Assembly (NCBI GenBank): GCA_964016885.1
Contig: OZ024742.1
Coordinates: 265,856,001-265,920,000 of the forward strand
Length of the DNA: 64,000 nucleotides
Direction: 5' to 3'
Source: Eledone cirrhosa
Taxonomy: Eukaryota
The translations under genes were made by a program, and so were the position numbers. The notes beneath the pieces are model-generated. The model searched no databases, was not told the DNA's origin, and worked only from the letters and a program-made list of their open reading frames with translations. Of this stretch, positions 28,651 to 41,473 are shown piece after piece (position 1 is the stretch's first letter; each line of letters starts with the position of its first letter).

Positions 28651-29241
28651 TAGGTTATGGATGCGTCTCAGTTTCGAGAATTGCCATCCCTTCACATTTT
28701 TCTTATATATGGGTGGCACGAACATGGTGTTTTAGCCCTCCAAGGACTTAAATCCCTTTCTGCATATGCTGCAGCGAAAAAGAAATGAAGGCCATACTCA
28801 GGTAACACACATGAATGTTGTTTAGATCAAGTGATGCCTGTACTTGAAGCTTTTTTCAGTGAAGAGAGTCGTTGCAATGGACCAATCCCACTCTTTGAGC
28901 CACGGTGACAGGTATCCAGGAACAGAACAACTCAATAACATTGGCTGCCGTCAAGTCGCAGGTTTTACATTACAGTTTTTGTGTGTTGTGTGTTGTGTGA
29001 ACACACAACACACAAAAACAAGATGGTGTAGGACAAAACAAAGGGGACGCAAAATAAAAACCTAGTTACTGAGGAGATGACAGAATGTGTGGCGAGAGAG
29101 GTTTGGCAATATATAAACAAACATCCGGTTATCGAACCAACCAATCGGAAATTTATAATAAATTGAAGTGAAAACCAACAGGTGCATGTGTTTTTATTGG
29201 CAGCATGACCCTTCCAAAGTATAACAATATATATATATATA

Positions 29242-29364
29242 ATAATTGTTTCTACATTTGGCACAAGGCCAGCAATTACACAGTACATTACTGGTACTTT
29301 ATTTTATCGATCCCGTAAGGATGAAAGGCAAAGTTAACCTCGGCGGGATTTGAACTCAGATCGT
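29242..29364 (-). mobile_element. 5'-truncated tRNA-derived SINE
   Basis: B box and body present; A-box region replaced by the adjacent element. Confidence 0.85.
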
Positions 29365-29373
29365 AATATATAT

Positions 29374-30038
29374 ATAATAATGAAATACACACACATATTC
29401 ATATGTATATGCGTGTGTGGTGCCCGCCTTAACAAGCATCATCTCTGTGAGGTTGATACGGTTTATCAAGAGACCCCTCAGAAAAAATGACTGTTTCTTG
29501 ACGCGTTATAGCAAGTGAGTAAGTCTCAGAGGCGGAGGGAGAGATTAACAAGTGATACAGTGGTATAAAAAAAGGATTGTTTCTTTCGTAGCAAGTGAGA
29601 ATTTCTCGAGAGGCGAGGAGAGAGATAAACACATGATACAGTGATCACATAAGGGTAGTAAGGTGGACAGTTAGCGAATAACATATTTGCTAGAAAAAGC
29701 AGTTAATACACTCGTGGTTAACTCGACCATAGGGGAATTTGGGACAATATAATAATGAAATACACACACATATTCATATGGATATGTCCGCTTTAACAAG
29801 TTTTCCTCGATGACCGAAAGAACCAAAATAACTAAAATAATTAAATTAACTCCATAATCAGAGCTATTTATCAAATTTCAAAATAGGAAATAATAGACAA
29901 ACATATACCTATTTTTTCTTCAAAGTCCCGACTGCAGTTTCGCCGATCCGTGTGCACTGATTTCTGCACTTTAAAAGTGCATCATCGCTGTGAGGTTGAT
30001 AATATATATATATATATATATATATTATCAACCTCACA
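29374..30038 (-). mobile_element. Retrozyme-like non-coding element, ~543-nt unit with terminal redundancy and split hammerhead
   Basis: GCATCATC(T/G)CTGTGAGGTTGAT at 29436-29457 and 29979-30000 (period 543); circular permutation of 49141-49643; HHR 3' half at 30000-29925, 5' half at 29474-29436. Confidence 0.75.
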
Positions 30039-30546
30039 TATATTATATATAGATATATATATAGATATATTTATATATATATATTCATATATATAATTAT
30101 GGAATTCTATATATATATATATATGTATAAATATATATATATATATATATATATACACAAGTATATATACACACACATACACACATTTACATACGAACGC
30201 ATATGAAGCAATACATATATGTATTTGCAGGAAATAAAATAACCCTATGCACTCAACCATATGTATAGTATAATAACATACACACACAGTTACACGCACA
30301 CGTGCGTGCACGTGCACACACACACACACACACACAAATATGTCTGTCTGCCTATATGTATATGTGTGTTTGTGAGTGTGTTTGTCTTTTTCTCACATAT
30401 ATATTCACATAGTTTCACAGTCACGCATATACTTAGAGGCAAATAACCTTATTTCTTTTTCTCTCATACTGCTTCTCACATATTTATAAGCACATGCTCA
30501 CTCAGCAAGGCACACACAATCAAACAGGCACAAACACACACACACA

Positions 30547-30594
<48 letters not shown>

Positions 30595-30665
30595 TCATGC
30601 TCTTTGCGTCGTTAAATAGAATTAACAGAGATTTACTCTCAATCAAAAGTAAAATAAATAAATAA

Positions 30666-30719
<54 letters not shown>

Positions 30720-31199
30720 CAGACGTTTGCAAAGAATATCGTCTGTAAAAGCGATTTAAGCTCTGCATTTCATTTAAAGAGGAAATGCTTATTATTTTCT
30801 TGTTTGCCTTTTCATTTCTTATTCATTGTTTTCTTTTTTAAAGTCAACCTCCTCAACTCCATTCGGCTATCCTATGGTTCATTTGTGAAACTACTTTGCA
30901 AGTAATTTGGTCTTCATTGTTTCAATCTCAACAGAGAGACTACGAAACAACTTCTGTAATTACCAGTATTTTGACGAAAGTCAAGCTGACGAAAGATTCA
31001 CAGCGATTCCTGCAGTGCCACCCGGGTAATGTAACGTAGATTAAAAACCAATGTCGTATTGGTAAACGGGTTGTTAACGAAGCAGAGCGTGGATGCCAAC
31101 AGATGTCACAGAAATGCATTCTGGGTAAAGAATGCGAATAAAAGAGGGGAAAATGTCATTTTGAAAATGTGCTTGATTTAAAGTACCATGGATGACAGA

Positions 31200-31410
31200 A
31201 GGCGGCCAAGTGGCAAAACCATTAAAGCGTAGAAAAAGGCTTGCGGTGTTTGTTCCTATTCTCTCCACTCATAGTTCAAATCCCGCCAAGATCAATTTTG
31301 TCTTTCATCCGCTTAGGTTGATAGATAAAGGCGGAACTGTTAGGGCGTCGGACGAGATGCTTTGTGGTATTTGTTCCGGCTTTTTGTGTTCTGTTTTCAA
31401 ATCCCAATGC
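31200..31410 (+). mobile_element. Diverged SINE copies (two partial units)
   Basis: GTTCAAATCCCGCCAAGATCAATTTTGTCTTTCATCC and a second TTCAAATCCC. Confidence 0.6.
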
Positions 31411-32043
31411 AGGTTACTTGTGTTTCGAAGATGAGTGTTCTAGTTACGCGGTCAATGGAATGGTTTACTCTGGAAATTAACGCGCTAGTGGTTGAGTTTT
31501 CTTCAAGCACGTGTACTCATGATGTAATTCTCAGCGAGTCAACGTGACAGAGTGTGACAAGGCTAACACTGAATTATACTGATACACTCAGCTGACGGGG
31601 TACTGAGCAGTTTCGTCCATCCCAACTCCATTCATAAGACTTAGGCTGACCGGAGCCTATGGCAAAAATTGCCATGCAGTGGGGCTGTATATGGAATATT
31701 ATGATTGTGAATTGAACTTCTTAAACATTCTGCTATACTGCGTCTCGACGCAAAATATAACTGAAATTAGAAATAACTAGCAGGAAATGATTACATTCAA
31801 TACGAAAGTGTACATGAAATAGTGGCAATTACTGTCGAATGAGTGAAGACATAGTTTCCTTGACAACTGTATCTGCTGCCAGGTTCATTTTTGTCTCTTC
31901 ACTGACACCGGTGTAATCCCTTCAGGATATGTATTACTTATTTCAACCCCACCCAGCCTCTCAGAATATAATATACCTCTTTCAAATTTAGAGAATCAAC
32001 AAAATATCTTCTCCTCCTCCTCATTCTTCTTCTTCTTCTTCTT

Positions 32044-32258
32044 CGGTGGATTGGCAGTATCGATAGGGGGTCGGACGCCATGCTTTGAAACATAGAGCTA
32101 CGGCCCTTTGCTGTCTGAGTTCAAATCCCGCCGAGGTTAACTTTGCCTTTCATCCTTACGGGGTCGATAAAATAAAGCACCAGTAACGTACTGGGGTCAA
32201 TTTAATCGACCCCCCCCCCCAAAAAAAAAAGTACTGGCCTTGTGCCTATACTAGAAAT
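32044..32258 (+). mobile_element. tRNA-derived SINE
   Basis: Family consensus followed by (ATT)n. Confidence 0.9.
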
Positions 32259-32329
32259 CATTATTATTATTATTATTATCAGTCTGTTCGGACGCTTTTT
32301 GCTCGGTCCCAGTAAGTCGCTTTATTTGC

Positions 32330-33327
32330 CTGTTAAAATTATTTGTTGTTAAATATTTCTTGTTGTGTAAGGGATATAAGCCCTTAGACTTTGCCCTGTG
32401 AATGGGAAAGTATAATATTTGGGTCTTTTGGCCCAAATATTTGAACATTTTACTTTTTTTTTTAAATAGTTTTTTTAAAAAACATGGCTGAGTCACGCCC
32501 CCCCCCCCCCCCCCCCAGCAATATGTCTGCTGTCGTCTGACAACGACGTAAAAGTTGAGAGGAGGGTTACAAACATTGTTACAACAGACACCACCACATA
32601 CAACGTGAACAAAGACAACACAGAACACTAATTTCGAAAGATTTACCACACCAACTACAACAATAACAGCGTCAACCATAATACAGACAACAGAAAAAAA
32701 TGACAACAAATGCAACAACGATATTAACACCACTAACAAGAAAATAAACAACGACAACACCAACAGCAACAATACAAATTGCACCGAAAACAACAACAAC
32801 GGTGGCACCAAAACACAACCAACTACAACAGTGATAACAGCAACAACACCAACAGCACCGTTTGTAGCAGTAACAACAGCAACAGCACCAACAACAAGAC
32901 CAGTAGCGGCAGCAATAATGGTGCCGCTGAAAAAGGGACCACTTCTTTCGCAGGTGTGGCTCGAAATATAGAAACAGTGCTAGTCACGGAGGAGGAGATG
33001 GCAGTCATAAGAGCCATGGTGTCGAGAAACGACAATTGAGTTTCCCTGAAACCTCCACCCGATTTCTTCAAAGACCAGCAGTTGCGTACGGTGACTTACC
33101 GCACTGTAAGCAAAATGTCACATCAGGTGGAGAGAGCCACGGAGGCTCAAATCCCAAAGGCCTTAGGGTGCGTCTGGGCGCGCAAAACACACATCACCCG
33201 AGGCAAAAAGTACGCCACAGTAGACGTACTTTTCGCCATCCCCCAAGAGGCGAAGTCTCACTCTTTGGAAACCCTAAAGAGTGAGGAGATAGTATTGTGC
33301 CCTCCTACTGCGGGCAGAAAATTGTGA
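32330..33327 (+). mobile_element. 5' UTR and ORF1 fragment of a Tx1/L1-like LINE
   Basis: RTVTYRTVSKMSHQVERATEAQIPKALGCVWARKTHITRGKKYATVDVLF aligns to CTVSYRTINIKTRRMERASESQIQKALGHVWAQKPHIRRGQKYGTVDVFF of the ORF1 at 55486-56103; T/N-rich N-terminus and similar 5' UTR. Confidence 0.82.
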
Positions 33328-34839
33328 GTGTCAAGCTACTGAAATTCTTGCACTTAAGTCAGCCTCCTGCCTTCTATCACTCGTGAACACGGCTCCGAGG
33401 TATAATATTTATAATATGTTCAAATAATTTCATGTACCTCATCCGCACACTTACGATTTCGTGTAATAACTGATGTTTCACTGCTGCTAATGCTTGAAAA
33501 AATAAAGTATATCGAAACGTCGTTAGAATGTTAGAATGCTCTCGTAATGTGCTTGAAATAAAGTATAAAAGATGGCAGAAAACGGCTAACTGTCAGAGTA
33601 TTGGAGCCAAGGAGAAAATGCCTTACAGCATTTATTCCGATTCTTTGCGTTAATAATTCACATCCCACCAAGGTCAACTTTGCTAACCATTTGGGTCGTT
33701 AAAATTTTGTGCTCCACACCATTCCTTTATAAATTAGACAAGAATATTTTGTTAAACCCATAGTTCTTAGTCAAGTCAAAATTGCGCCGCAGAGACATAC
33801 AGCGTTTCTTGGGCATTTGTTTAATCTGGTGGAGCCAGGTCTGAATACAATCGATTTCTTCTAGAGAAGGAGAGGGCGTATTAGAAAGAAAATGAGAAAG
33901 AGATATAGAGGAAGAAGCAACTCTAGCATAGGACTGAGACCTTTTTTATCGACTTCAAAGGGCTGAAAGGTAAAGTTGACATCAGCAGAACGCAGAGTCA
34001 GAAGAAATAACGCAAAACATTCTATCTAACATTCTAACGACTTTGCCAATTTGCTGCTTGCAGGCAAGAATATAATTATTGCTAAAATTTCCTGATTATT
34101 TCTTTATTAGACGACTGGAAACAAATAAACAATTATTCAATACTTGTAATGTAGTTTACAAACACCTCAACTTATAAAAGAAAGAATATACTTGATAATG
34201 TAGTCTTGAAAGAAAAAAACGGATGGTCATAGCTAGAAACGTTTAATCCTAGGTCTATTGGTTCAGGACCATCTTGGATTTAAATAGCAACCGATCTTTA
34301 TTGGCTGTTGGGGAATGAAAGGTCAGCTCAAGTCATGTGGTAGATGAACTCAGAAACGAAAGCAAACCTCGTAAGATATTTAGCCCAGTGCTTTGATTAA
34401 CTACTAATTTGTATTTCTTAAATATGAAATTACAATTGTATAAGAGAAAAGATACCGGCATAATCAAATGCTCAAGTATTAAAAAGATATTTTGATGCCT
34501 GGAAAAGTCACATAATTTCTATTAGGGATTTAAACACCTTATTTCTTCAAGGGTTTTCCATACCAATGAAATGTAGACAGGGAAATGGGTGCAACTGGTT
34601 GGGTTTTAGAGACAGGTATCAAATGTACGGAGGTAGCTTTACGTGGTTGCTCGAAATGTTATAAAAAGCAACCACATTTCTTTTAATTCACAAACTACTT
34701 TTTTAAAAACAAAGGACACATTGGACAATGTAGTTTGATATGTACTCGCCCGACTTTTCGTCAAATCGGACCGAGGAAACAATGTTTCCGTTGGTCTTTC
34801 CAATTGCTAATACTATCGATCGCAACTCCAGGTAGAAGG

Positions 34840-34958
34840 AGAAACGTGAAATAAAGTGTCTTGCTCAAGGACATAACGCATCACCCGGTCCAGGAATCGA
34901 ACTCACAACTCACGATTGCGAATCCAATTCTCTAACCACTCAGCCACGCGCCTTCACT
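34840..34958 (-). mobile_element. tRNA-headed SINE with GTCCTTGAGCAAGACACT core
   Basis: Minus strand GCGTGGCTGAGTGGTTAGAG...GAGTTCGATTCCTGG then TGTCCTTGAGCAAGACACTT, a motif typical of V/Meta-type SINE bodies. Confidence 0.7.
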
Positions 34959-36009
34959 AGTTTGATATATATACTATATAAAAAAATGAAAATATGGTCA
35001 CAGCTGAAACAGATTTGATCATATGGGTTTAATCAGGGTTGAGCTAGGACTAACAACGAACTCATCCCCTTATTTTTTCGATTCCTCACTACAATCTTAC
35101 TGGTCACCTAAATAACGAAAACGTTTCTTTTGATATATTATTTGTTCCTTTTTCTTTCCCGTTATTTGGATGCCCTGCAATGAATTAGGTGCTGTCAGAC
35201 AAGTCTTCTCACAGTTTTTACGAGTTTAGCAATGCGATCGACAATACACCAACCATTGCATTCCAGTAAAGAAATAGAATCAGGCAAGCTCTTGAGTAGA
35301 CTAGGCGTCGGTAAAGAACAACTAACAAGCTTATAACCGAGGACATTCAGCCGAAGATTATGAACAACAATAAAAAAAAAATCCCTGGAAGTTCTACCCG
35401 GGGAAAGACGATTTGTGAATTTAGGATATGCTTTACGGACGCCGGATGAAGCGGTCAATCGGTCTTGTCCATACAAGCAACAAAACCGTTCTACATGCAG
35501 TCGTTCAATATCGAATCAATGTTGTCTTATGTAAATGTTGAACAGCTTTTGTCGCGTATACGGCAATTCGAGCTATGAACCGAACCCATCATGGGGATCG
35601 CTCCACCATTTTTTCTTAGTCTGGTTGCTATGATAAAAAAATATGTCGTAGACAAGATTGAAAGAATTGGGGAGAAACACTTCTTTTCGGCCATGGCATC
35701 ATCAACCCCTTCAAGTAGTGAGTGGGGAGATGGGGAGTGATGGGTCGCCTTCCAGTAAATTTTCTGAAAGGAGGATGATATTGGCAGGTATAACCCCAGT
35801 GATTAAGCCTACTGTCAGTTCGTGAACATAATAATCCTGGATATGAACAGTTCTTTGATATGAGCAGTTCTCTGATTGGCCCGTGGTGACTGTCCTCCAA
35901 TTAGGACGTTTCATTCCATTTCTTTATATACTATTGCTTTCACAACGGTATCATTTATATGTAAACCGCTTGGCAAAATAAACAAATATTAGTAATATAA
36001 TTAGTTTTA

Positions 36010-36350
36010 TATGGGGGATGGACTAGCACAACCATTAGAATCTTGAACAAAATGCTTTGCAGTATATTGCGGATTCTTTACGTTCTGAGTTCAAATCCTT
36101 TCGAGGTCGACTATGCTTTTCATCCTTTCGTTAAAAAATGTACCAGTCATGTAATGGGGTTGATATGATCGATTTCCCCGTCTCCATAAAATTACTGGCC
36201 TTGCTCCTAAATAAAAATGTATTATAAAAGTGATGAGGTTGTAGAATCGTTTGAGCATCGGACAAAATGCTGCGCAGTAAAGTACCAATCAAGTACTGGC
36301 GTTGATTCACTTGATTTCCCCTACCCTGAATATGTTGGCCTTGTGTCTAA
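36010..36350 (+). mobile_element. Diverged SINE copies
   Basis: CTGAGTTCAAATCC..CGAGGTCGACTATGCTTTTCATCC and two ...TGGCCTTG ends. Confidence 0.65.
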
Positions 36351-36729
36351 AAAAAGACTCTGACTATTAATACTACTACTAGGATTGTTATATCATAAGA
36401 ACCATCCTCTAATCATAGAAAAACCCTTTCCTATTCTTCGCATCCTTGGTCACACACCTCTACAACTAACTTCCTGCCAAAATTATCCCATGACCTTATT
36501 GGAATTTACAAAGCTCGCCATTCCTTCATCACAACCCACATCATGTGTTCTAGTCATAGCTTTTGCCTCATTACATACACGAGACAAGAGCAACCTCAAT
36601 ATTCTAGAACAACTCATTACATATATATATATAATATAGTCAGACTTGACTGTAACCTATATTTCTGATGTGTGCAGTGGATTATTTTGAAGTGTCATAG
36701 ATATACTACAAAATAAAGGTATTAACCGT

Positions 36730-36879
<150 letters not shown>

Positions 36880-36996
36880 TAAACGGAATAGAAAATGCTG
36901 ACAAATTGTTCACAGTTGAAAAATGGTTTAATTAGGAATAAAAGAGTATTAGTGATTGTATGGGTTAGTATTCAGTTGTGGTTTTAAGTTTTTAAG

Positions 36997-37035
36997 TTTT
37001 TACCGGTTGCGCATTTCTAAATGCTTTTCAAAAAT
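36997..37035 (-). ncRNA. Minimal hammerhead-like motif in the PLE pLTR (second copy at 41246-41283, +)
   Basis: UUU UUGAAAA GCAUUU AG AAAUGC GCAA CCGG UA AAA: U3-A8 core, 6-bp stem II, palindromic CCGG stem III; GCAA replaces GAAA. Confidence 0.5.
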
Positions 37036-37362
37036 AATTTTGAGATAGAGTGTCCGTGCTGTTTGCTCTGATCTGATTAGTTTTGGGAATTCTACCTGTT
37101 TTTATGTTAAAAAAGTGGCTCCAGCGTTATTTTTGTGTTGCAAATATGCTTGTGGTCAAAACAATTTTGATTGGTCGGTAGAGGTCATGTGAATGTAAAA
37201 AGTTGATTTTGCGCCAAGACTGTTTTTATGTTAAAAAAGTGGCTCCAGCAAAAATTCTTGGTCAAAACAATTTTGATTGGTCGGTAGAGGTCATGTGGAT
37301 AAAAAATTGGTTTTGCGCCAAGATTGAGAAATGACTCTTTCACAACAAATATGTGTGTGTGT

Positions 37363-37449
<87 letters not shown>

Positions 37450-37451
37450 TG

Positions 37452-37486
<35 letters not shown>

Positions 37487-37559
37487 AGTAGTAGTAGTAA
37501 GGTGTTCGATGCTGCGACAATGGCCAGCAGCGATGTGTGTCAAATGGCTATTAAGATAA

Positions 37560-37640
<81 letters not shown>

Positions 37641-37950
37641 GCAGAGTCATTCGAAGGTCAAAAGATATTTTTCAACTTTTGTCTTATACGGAGAAGTGCG
37701 TGTGTGTGTTTGTGTGTGTGTATAAGTCTCTTTGTATGTTGATGTATGCGTGTGTATGTGTTTGTGTACATATGTATGTGTGTGTATGTGTGTGTGTGTG
37801 GGTGGACCAGTATTTTTTTCCCCTGGTAAAATGGTGTTCATTATTAGATTTTTTCAGTAAAATCGGTTCTCTTAATAGAACATCAAAAATCTAAACAATA
37901 AAAGGTGTGAAATGATATTCACTATATATATATACACACATACATATATT

Positions 37951-37991
<41 letters not shown>

Positions 37992-38134
37992 TACATACAT
38001 ATATATGCACATATATTTTTTTTGTATTGCACCATAGAGCATGTGTGTTTACGTGTGTCATTGTGTTTATATGTGGGTAGAGATGTGTGCTGATGTAGGT
38101 ATGTATGTTGACGTGTGTATGTTGTGGGTTCGTC

Positions 38135-38848
38135 TTAGGGAGAAGTGTTTAGACGGGGTCCGTATTTGTTAATGAAGTAAGATTCCTTGCTGATGCGCTG
38201 GGTGTGGGTGGCATTATCTTTAAATTTGTAGAGGGGAAAGATTATGAAGTTGGGATGATTTTGGGCGGCACAGGTATCAATGTGTTCACTCAGTGGTATT
38301 TTCCTGTATTCCCATATTTTAATTTGGGATCTATGGACAGTGATGCGTTGGCGGAGGCTGTTTTTGGTCTGGCCTATGTATTGTTCTCGACAACCTGAAC
38401 AAGTTAATACATATATTAGATTTTCCGATGCACATGTGAAATTGTGTTTTACTATAAAACGTTGTCCATCTTTGAAATAGAATTCTGAACCCTCTATTAG
38501 GTTGATGCAAATGCCACAGTTGGGTCTATCGCATTTTTTTACTGTGGGTTTCGTTGTTGTGGTTGGCAGTACTTTGGCATGTGTTAAGATGTTTTTCATT
38601 GACTTGGATTGTCTTTTGCTCTTTATGATATCGTGTGTTCGTAGAATTTGGTTCATTCTATGGTCCCTTTTCAATACAGGGATGTTCTGGAGGATGGTGT
38701 CAAAGGCCTCATTGTTGAGGGGGTTGTGTGTGGAGATGTATGGAAGAGCTTTTAGTTTTGGTTGATTTACTTTAGGGTGTCTAAGGTCCTGGGTACTGAG
38801 TTTTAGGGCACGTTGGATTCCATTGTCAATTAGTGATGCAGGGTAGTC
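38135..38848 (-). pseudogene. Inverted duplicate of the PLE GIY-YIG region
   Basis: ORF 38135-38674 is nearly identical to the C-terminus of ORF 38951-40225. Confidence 0.93.
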
Positions 38849-40225
38849 AACCTATACTCCAACATCCCCCACAACCTAGGAATAGAAGCTATCCAATTCT
38901 GGCTGGATAATTTCCACAATGAACTCCCACAACGCATCAAAAAAGAATTCGTGATAGAGGGACTCAAATTTATCTTGGAGAACAATTACTTCGTTTTCAA
39001 TAACAAACCCTACAGGCAGAAATCTGGGACCGCTATGGGAACGAAAACAGCCCCTACTTATGCCAACCTAGTCATGGGATACCTGGAAATCACCATCTAC
39101 ACTAAAGTCCTAAACAAATTTGGAAACACCCTCCACTTACACATTGAAAGGAACTGGAAGCGATATCTAGATGACTGCTTCATCCTTTGGCACGAAAACA
39201 TCGAAAAACTTAAAGAATTTCACACCCTTATAAATGGGCTCAACACAAATATTAACTTCACGATGGAATACAGCCAGCAACAACTCCCCTTCCTCGACAT
39301 CCTCATTAAGATCCATAACAAAAAAATAGAAACAGACATATACTACAAGCCCACAGACTCCAAGCAATATCTCCCCTTCAACTCTTGCCACCCTAGACAC
39401 GTTAAAATTAATATTCCCTACAACTTAGCCAAGAGAATCTGTACTATAGTCTCCAATAAAAACATCTGCTACTTACGGCTACAAGAACTAAAGGACACAC
39501 TCATAGGCAGGGACTACCCTGCATCACTAATTGACAATGGAATCCAACGTTCCCTAAAACTCAGTACCCAGGACCTTAGACACCCTAAAGTAAATCAACC
39601 AAAACTAAAAGCTCTTCCATACATCTCCACACACAACCCCCTCAACAATGTGGCCTTTGACACCATCCTCCAGAACATCCCTGTATTGAAAAGGGACCAT
39701 AGAATGAACCAAATTCTACGAACACACGATATCATAAAGAGCAAAAGACAATCCAAGTCAATGAAAAACATCTTAACACATGCCAAAGTACTGCCAACCA
39801 CAACAACGAAACCCACAGTAAAAAAATGCGATAGACCCAACTGTGGCATTTGCATCAACCTAATAGAGGGTTCAGAATTCTATTGCAAAGATGGACAACG
39901 TTTTATAGTAAAACACAATTTCACATGTGCATCGGAAAATCTAATATATGTATTAACTTGTTCAGGTTGTCGAGAACAATACATAGGCCAGACCAAAAAC
40001 AGCCTCCGCCAACGCATCACTGTCCATAGATCCCAAATTAAAATACGGGAATACAGGAAAATACCACTGAGTGAACACATTGATACCTGTGCCGCCCAAA
40101 ATCATCCCAACTTCAGAATCTTTCCCCTCTACAAATTTAAAGATAATGCCACCCACACCCAGCGCATCAGCAAGGAATCTTACTTCATTAACAAATACGG
40201 ACCCCGTCTAAACACTTCTCCCTAA
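38849..40225 (+). CDS. PLE reverse transcriptase + Cys-rich linker + GIY-YIG endonuclease (5'-truncated, uninterrupted)
   Basis: Frame open from the junction (NLYSNIPH); GTAMGTKTAPTYANL, KRYLDD, LPFLD, YYKPTDS..YL...SCHP; CDRPNCGIC; NLIYVLTCSGCREQYIGQT...LRQRITVH. Confidence 0.95.
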   Translation, partial: NLYSNIPHNLGIEAIQFWLDNFHNELPQRIKKEFVIEGLKFILENNYFVFNNKPYRQKSGTAMGTKTAPTYANLVMGYLEITIYTKVLNKFGNTLHLHIERNWKRYLDDCFILWHENIEKLKEFHTLINGLNTNINFTMEYSQQQLPFLDILIKIHNKKIETDIYYKPTDSKQYLPFNSCHPRHVKINIPYNLAKRICTIVSNKNICYLRLQELKDTLIGRDYPASLIDNGIQRSLKLSTQDLRHPKVNQPKLKALPYISTHNPLNNVAFDTILQNIPVLKRDHRMNQILRTHDIIKSKRQSKSMKNILTHAKVLPTTTTKPTVKKCDRPNCGICINLIEGSEFYCKDGQRFIVKHNFTCASENLIYVLTCSGCREQYIGQTKNSLRQRITVHRSQIKIREYRKIPLSEHIDTCAAQNHPNFRIFPLYKFKDNATHTQRISKESYFINKYGPRLNTSP

Positions 40226-40544
40226 GACGAACCCACAACATACACACGTCAACATACATACCTACATCAGCACACATCTCTACCCACATATAAACACAAT
40301 GACACACGTAAACACACATGCTCTATGGTGCAATACAAAAAAATATATGTGCATATATATGTATGTATATATGTATATATATATATATATATGTAGTGAA
40401 TATATGTATGTGTGTATATATATATAGTGAATATCATTTCACACCTTTTATTGTTAAAATTGTTGATGTTCTATTAAGAGAACCGATTTTACTGAAAAAA
40501 TCGAATAATGTACACCATTTTACCAGGGGGAAAAAAATACTGGT

Positions 40545-40605
<61 letters not shown>

Positions 40606-40731
40606 CACAAACACATACACACGCGTACATCAACATACAAAGAGACTTATACACACACACACACACACGCGCGCACTTCTCCGTATAAGACAAAAGCTGA
40701 AAAATATCTTTTGACCTTCGAATGACTCTGC

Positions 40732-40774
<43 letters not shown>

Positions 40775-40843
40775 ATCTTAATAGCCATTTGACACACATC
40801 GCTGCTGGCCATTGTCGCAGCATCGAACACCTTACTACTACTA

Positions 40844-40931
<88 letters not shown>

Positions 40932-41442
40932 TTGTTGTGAAAGAGTCATTTCTCAATCTTGGCGCAAAATCAATTTTTTATCCACATGACCTCTACCGAC
41001 CAATCAAAATTGTTTTGACCAAGAATTTTTGCTGGAGCCACTTTTTTAACATAAAAACATTCTTGGCGCAAAATCAACTTTTTACATTCACATGACCTCT
41101 ACCGACCAATCAAAACTGTTTTGACCACAAGCATTTTTGCAACACAAAAATAACGCTGGAGCCACTTTTTTAACATAAAAACAGGTAGAATTCCCAAAAC
41201 TAATCAGATCAGAGCAAACAGCACGGACACTCTATCTCAAAATTATTTTTGAAAAGCATTTAGAAATGAGCAACCGGTAAAAACTTAAAAACTTAAAACC
41301 ACAACTGAATACTAACCCATACAATCACTAATACTCTTTTATTCCTAATTAAACCATTTTTCAACTGTGAACAATTTGTCAGCATTTTCTATTCCGTTTA
41401 CCAATATATAATAACTTGTGTGTTACACCTCTATTCTTTTAA

Positions 41443-41466
<24 letters not shown>

Positions 41467-41473
<7 letters not shown>

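Noticed and set aside
35530-35914. Faint resemblance to LTR-retrotransposon RNase H (LLEGDP...)
   Set aside because: No intact diagnostic motif, LTR or neighbouring domains visible.
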